In this document: positions 63,067 to 64,000 of the stretch, piece by piece
Position numbering within the stretch: the first letter of the stretch is position 1
How the letters are laid out: each line of letters opens with the position of its first letter
Assembly: GCF_036321535.1 (NCBI RefSeq)
Contig: NC_087437.1
Span: 45,572,001-45,636,000 of the forward strand
Origin: Camelus dromedarius
Taxonomy: Eukaryota
Length of the DNA stretch: 64,000 bases
Direction of reading: 5' to 3'
Made by a program: the position numbers and the translations under genes
The notes under the pieces: generated by a model
What the model saw: the letters and a program-made list of their open reading frames with translations, nothing else
The model's database searches: none
Told to the model about the DNA's origin: nothing

Positions 63067-64000
63067 CCAAACCTTAATGGACAGTTCTTACTTCTTGAGC
63101 TTTATAGTCTGGTAGCAAACCAAACTTAGCATGTCCTGAGATAGCACGCCAATGAGGACTAAGAAGATCTAAAGCAAAGCCGAAGTCCATGTAAGCATGC
63201 AGCTTGCAAAAAGAGACAAAATTTTAGTGTCAGTACCATTCACTGAGAAGCCAAAGTATTAGAAAATTAATCCTCAGAGTGTTTGAAATAGAATTTGGTC
63301 AGTTCCATGGATCTGACCAAGTTTGAATTCTTGAGAGGTCAAAAATACATGGATCCAAGGGAAAAAAGCAAATTTCCTCTTTTTTACCATATCATGAGGG
63401 GAAAATCATATATTGGCCACATGACCACACAGACTGTGGTCTTCAAGTAAAGAGCAGTAATCAACGAAGCACCCAAATATCCGTGTCTACGCCTGTGTCT
63501 AAACCTGTATCTGTCTCTATCTGTATTTCCATCAGTATCTCCTGATCAAGGCTGGTTTTCAAAGAAGAGACACACAACAAACTAGTGTTCTTAATACAAA
63601 CAGAAAATGGAGCAATGATCAAAAGTGAAGAGACAAAATACTGCAAGCAGAAACAGCAGATGGCAGGGGCTCTGGGAACACCAAAAGATGCTAACACAAA
63701 GAAAGGGGAGAAAAGTAAAACTTAGCATGGATAATCTAGCCTCCCAGAGTTAACTCTCAAAAATTCTCACATTAAAAAAAAATTCACATACAGAACCAAA
63801 AGTCTAGCTATGTAAAGCATTCAAATACTAGACTGGATATTGTTTGATATTGTTTCCATTTCCACTAGTCAAGCCATGACTCCAACTTTCTTACCTGCCC
63901 CTCCATCCCAGGAACACACAATTGTGTACACAAAACACCTTGTCTCCAAAAGGCAAACATTAACCTCATAGTCAAACACGAGTCTCCCTTTTGCTACTTT

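Noticed and set aside
63478..63545. Repeating DTG/DT peptide in ORF 63461-63697
   Set aside because: Degenerate hexamer simple repeat.

Overview
AT-rich mammalian genomic DNA, non-coding as far as I can tell. A tRNA-derived SINE of the Vic-1 type (37547-37661) and the form of the young L1 3' ends suggest a camelid (camel/alpaca/llama); this is an inference from repeat content. I recognise no host protein-coding exon, RNA gene, CRISPR array or viral gene. ORF-track entries are either chance ORFs or decayed L1 ORF2 pieces. Much of the window is layered interspersed repeats: old MIR/L2, MLT1/ERVL LTRs, hAT (Charlie/MER5/MER94) and Tigger DNA transposons, old L1M pieces, and lineage-specific L1 3' ends with readable target-site duplications (TSDs). 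An apparent A/C excess on the + strand suggests a large intron of a minus-strand gene, which I could not identify. The most notable items are a rearranged L1 composite (ORF1 - ORF2 start - 5'UTR - ORF2 end), several micro-exon-like splice-signal pairs, a GC/CpG-richer motif cluster at 45.4-46.4 kb, and some hairpin-prone sequences. I did not find convincing evidence for a new biological system. Repeat subfamily names come from remembered consensus sequences, and boundaries of old repeats are approximate.
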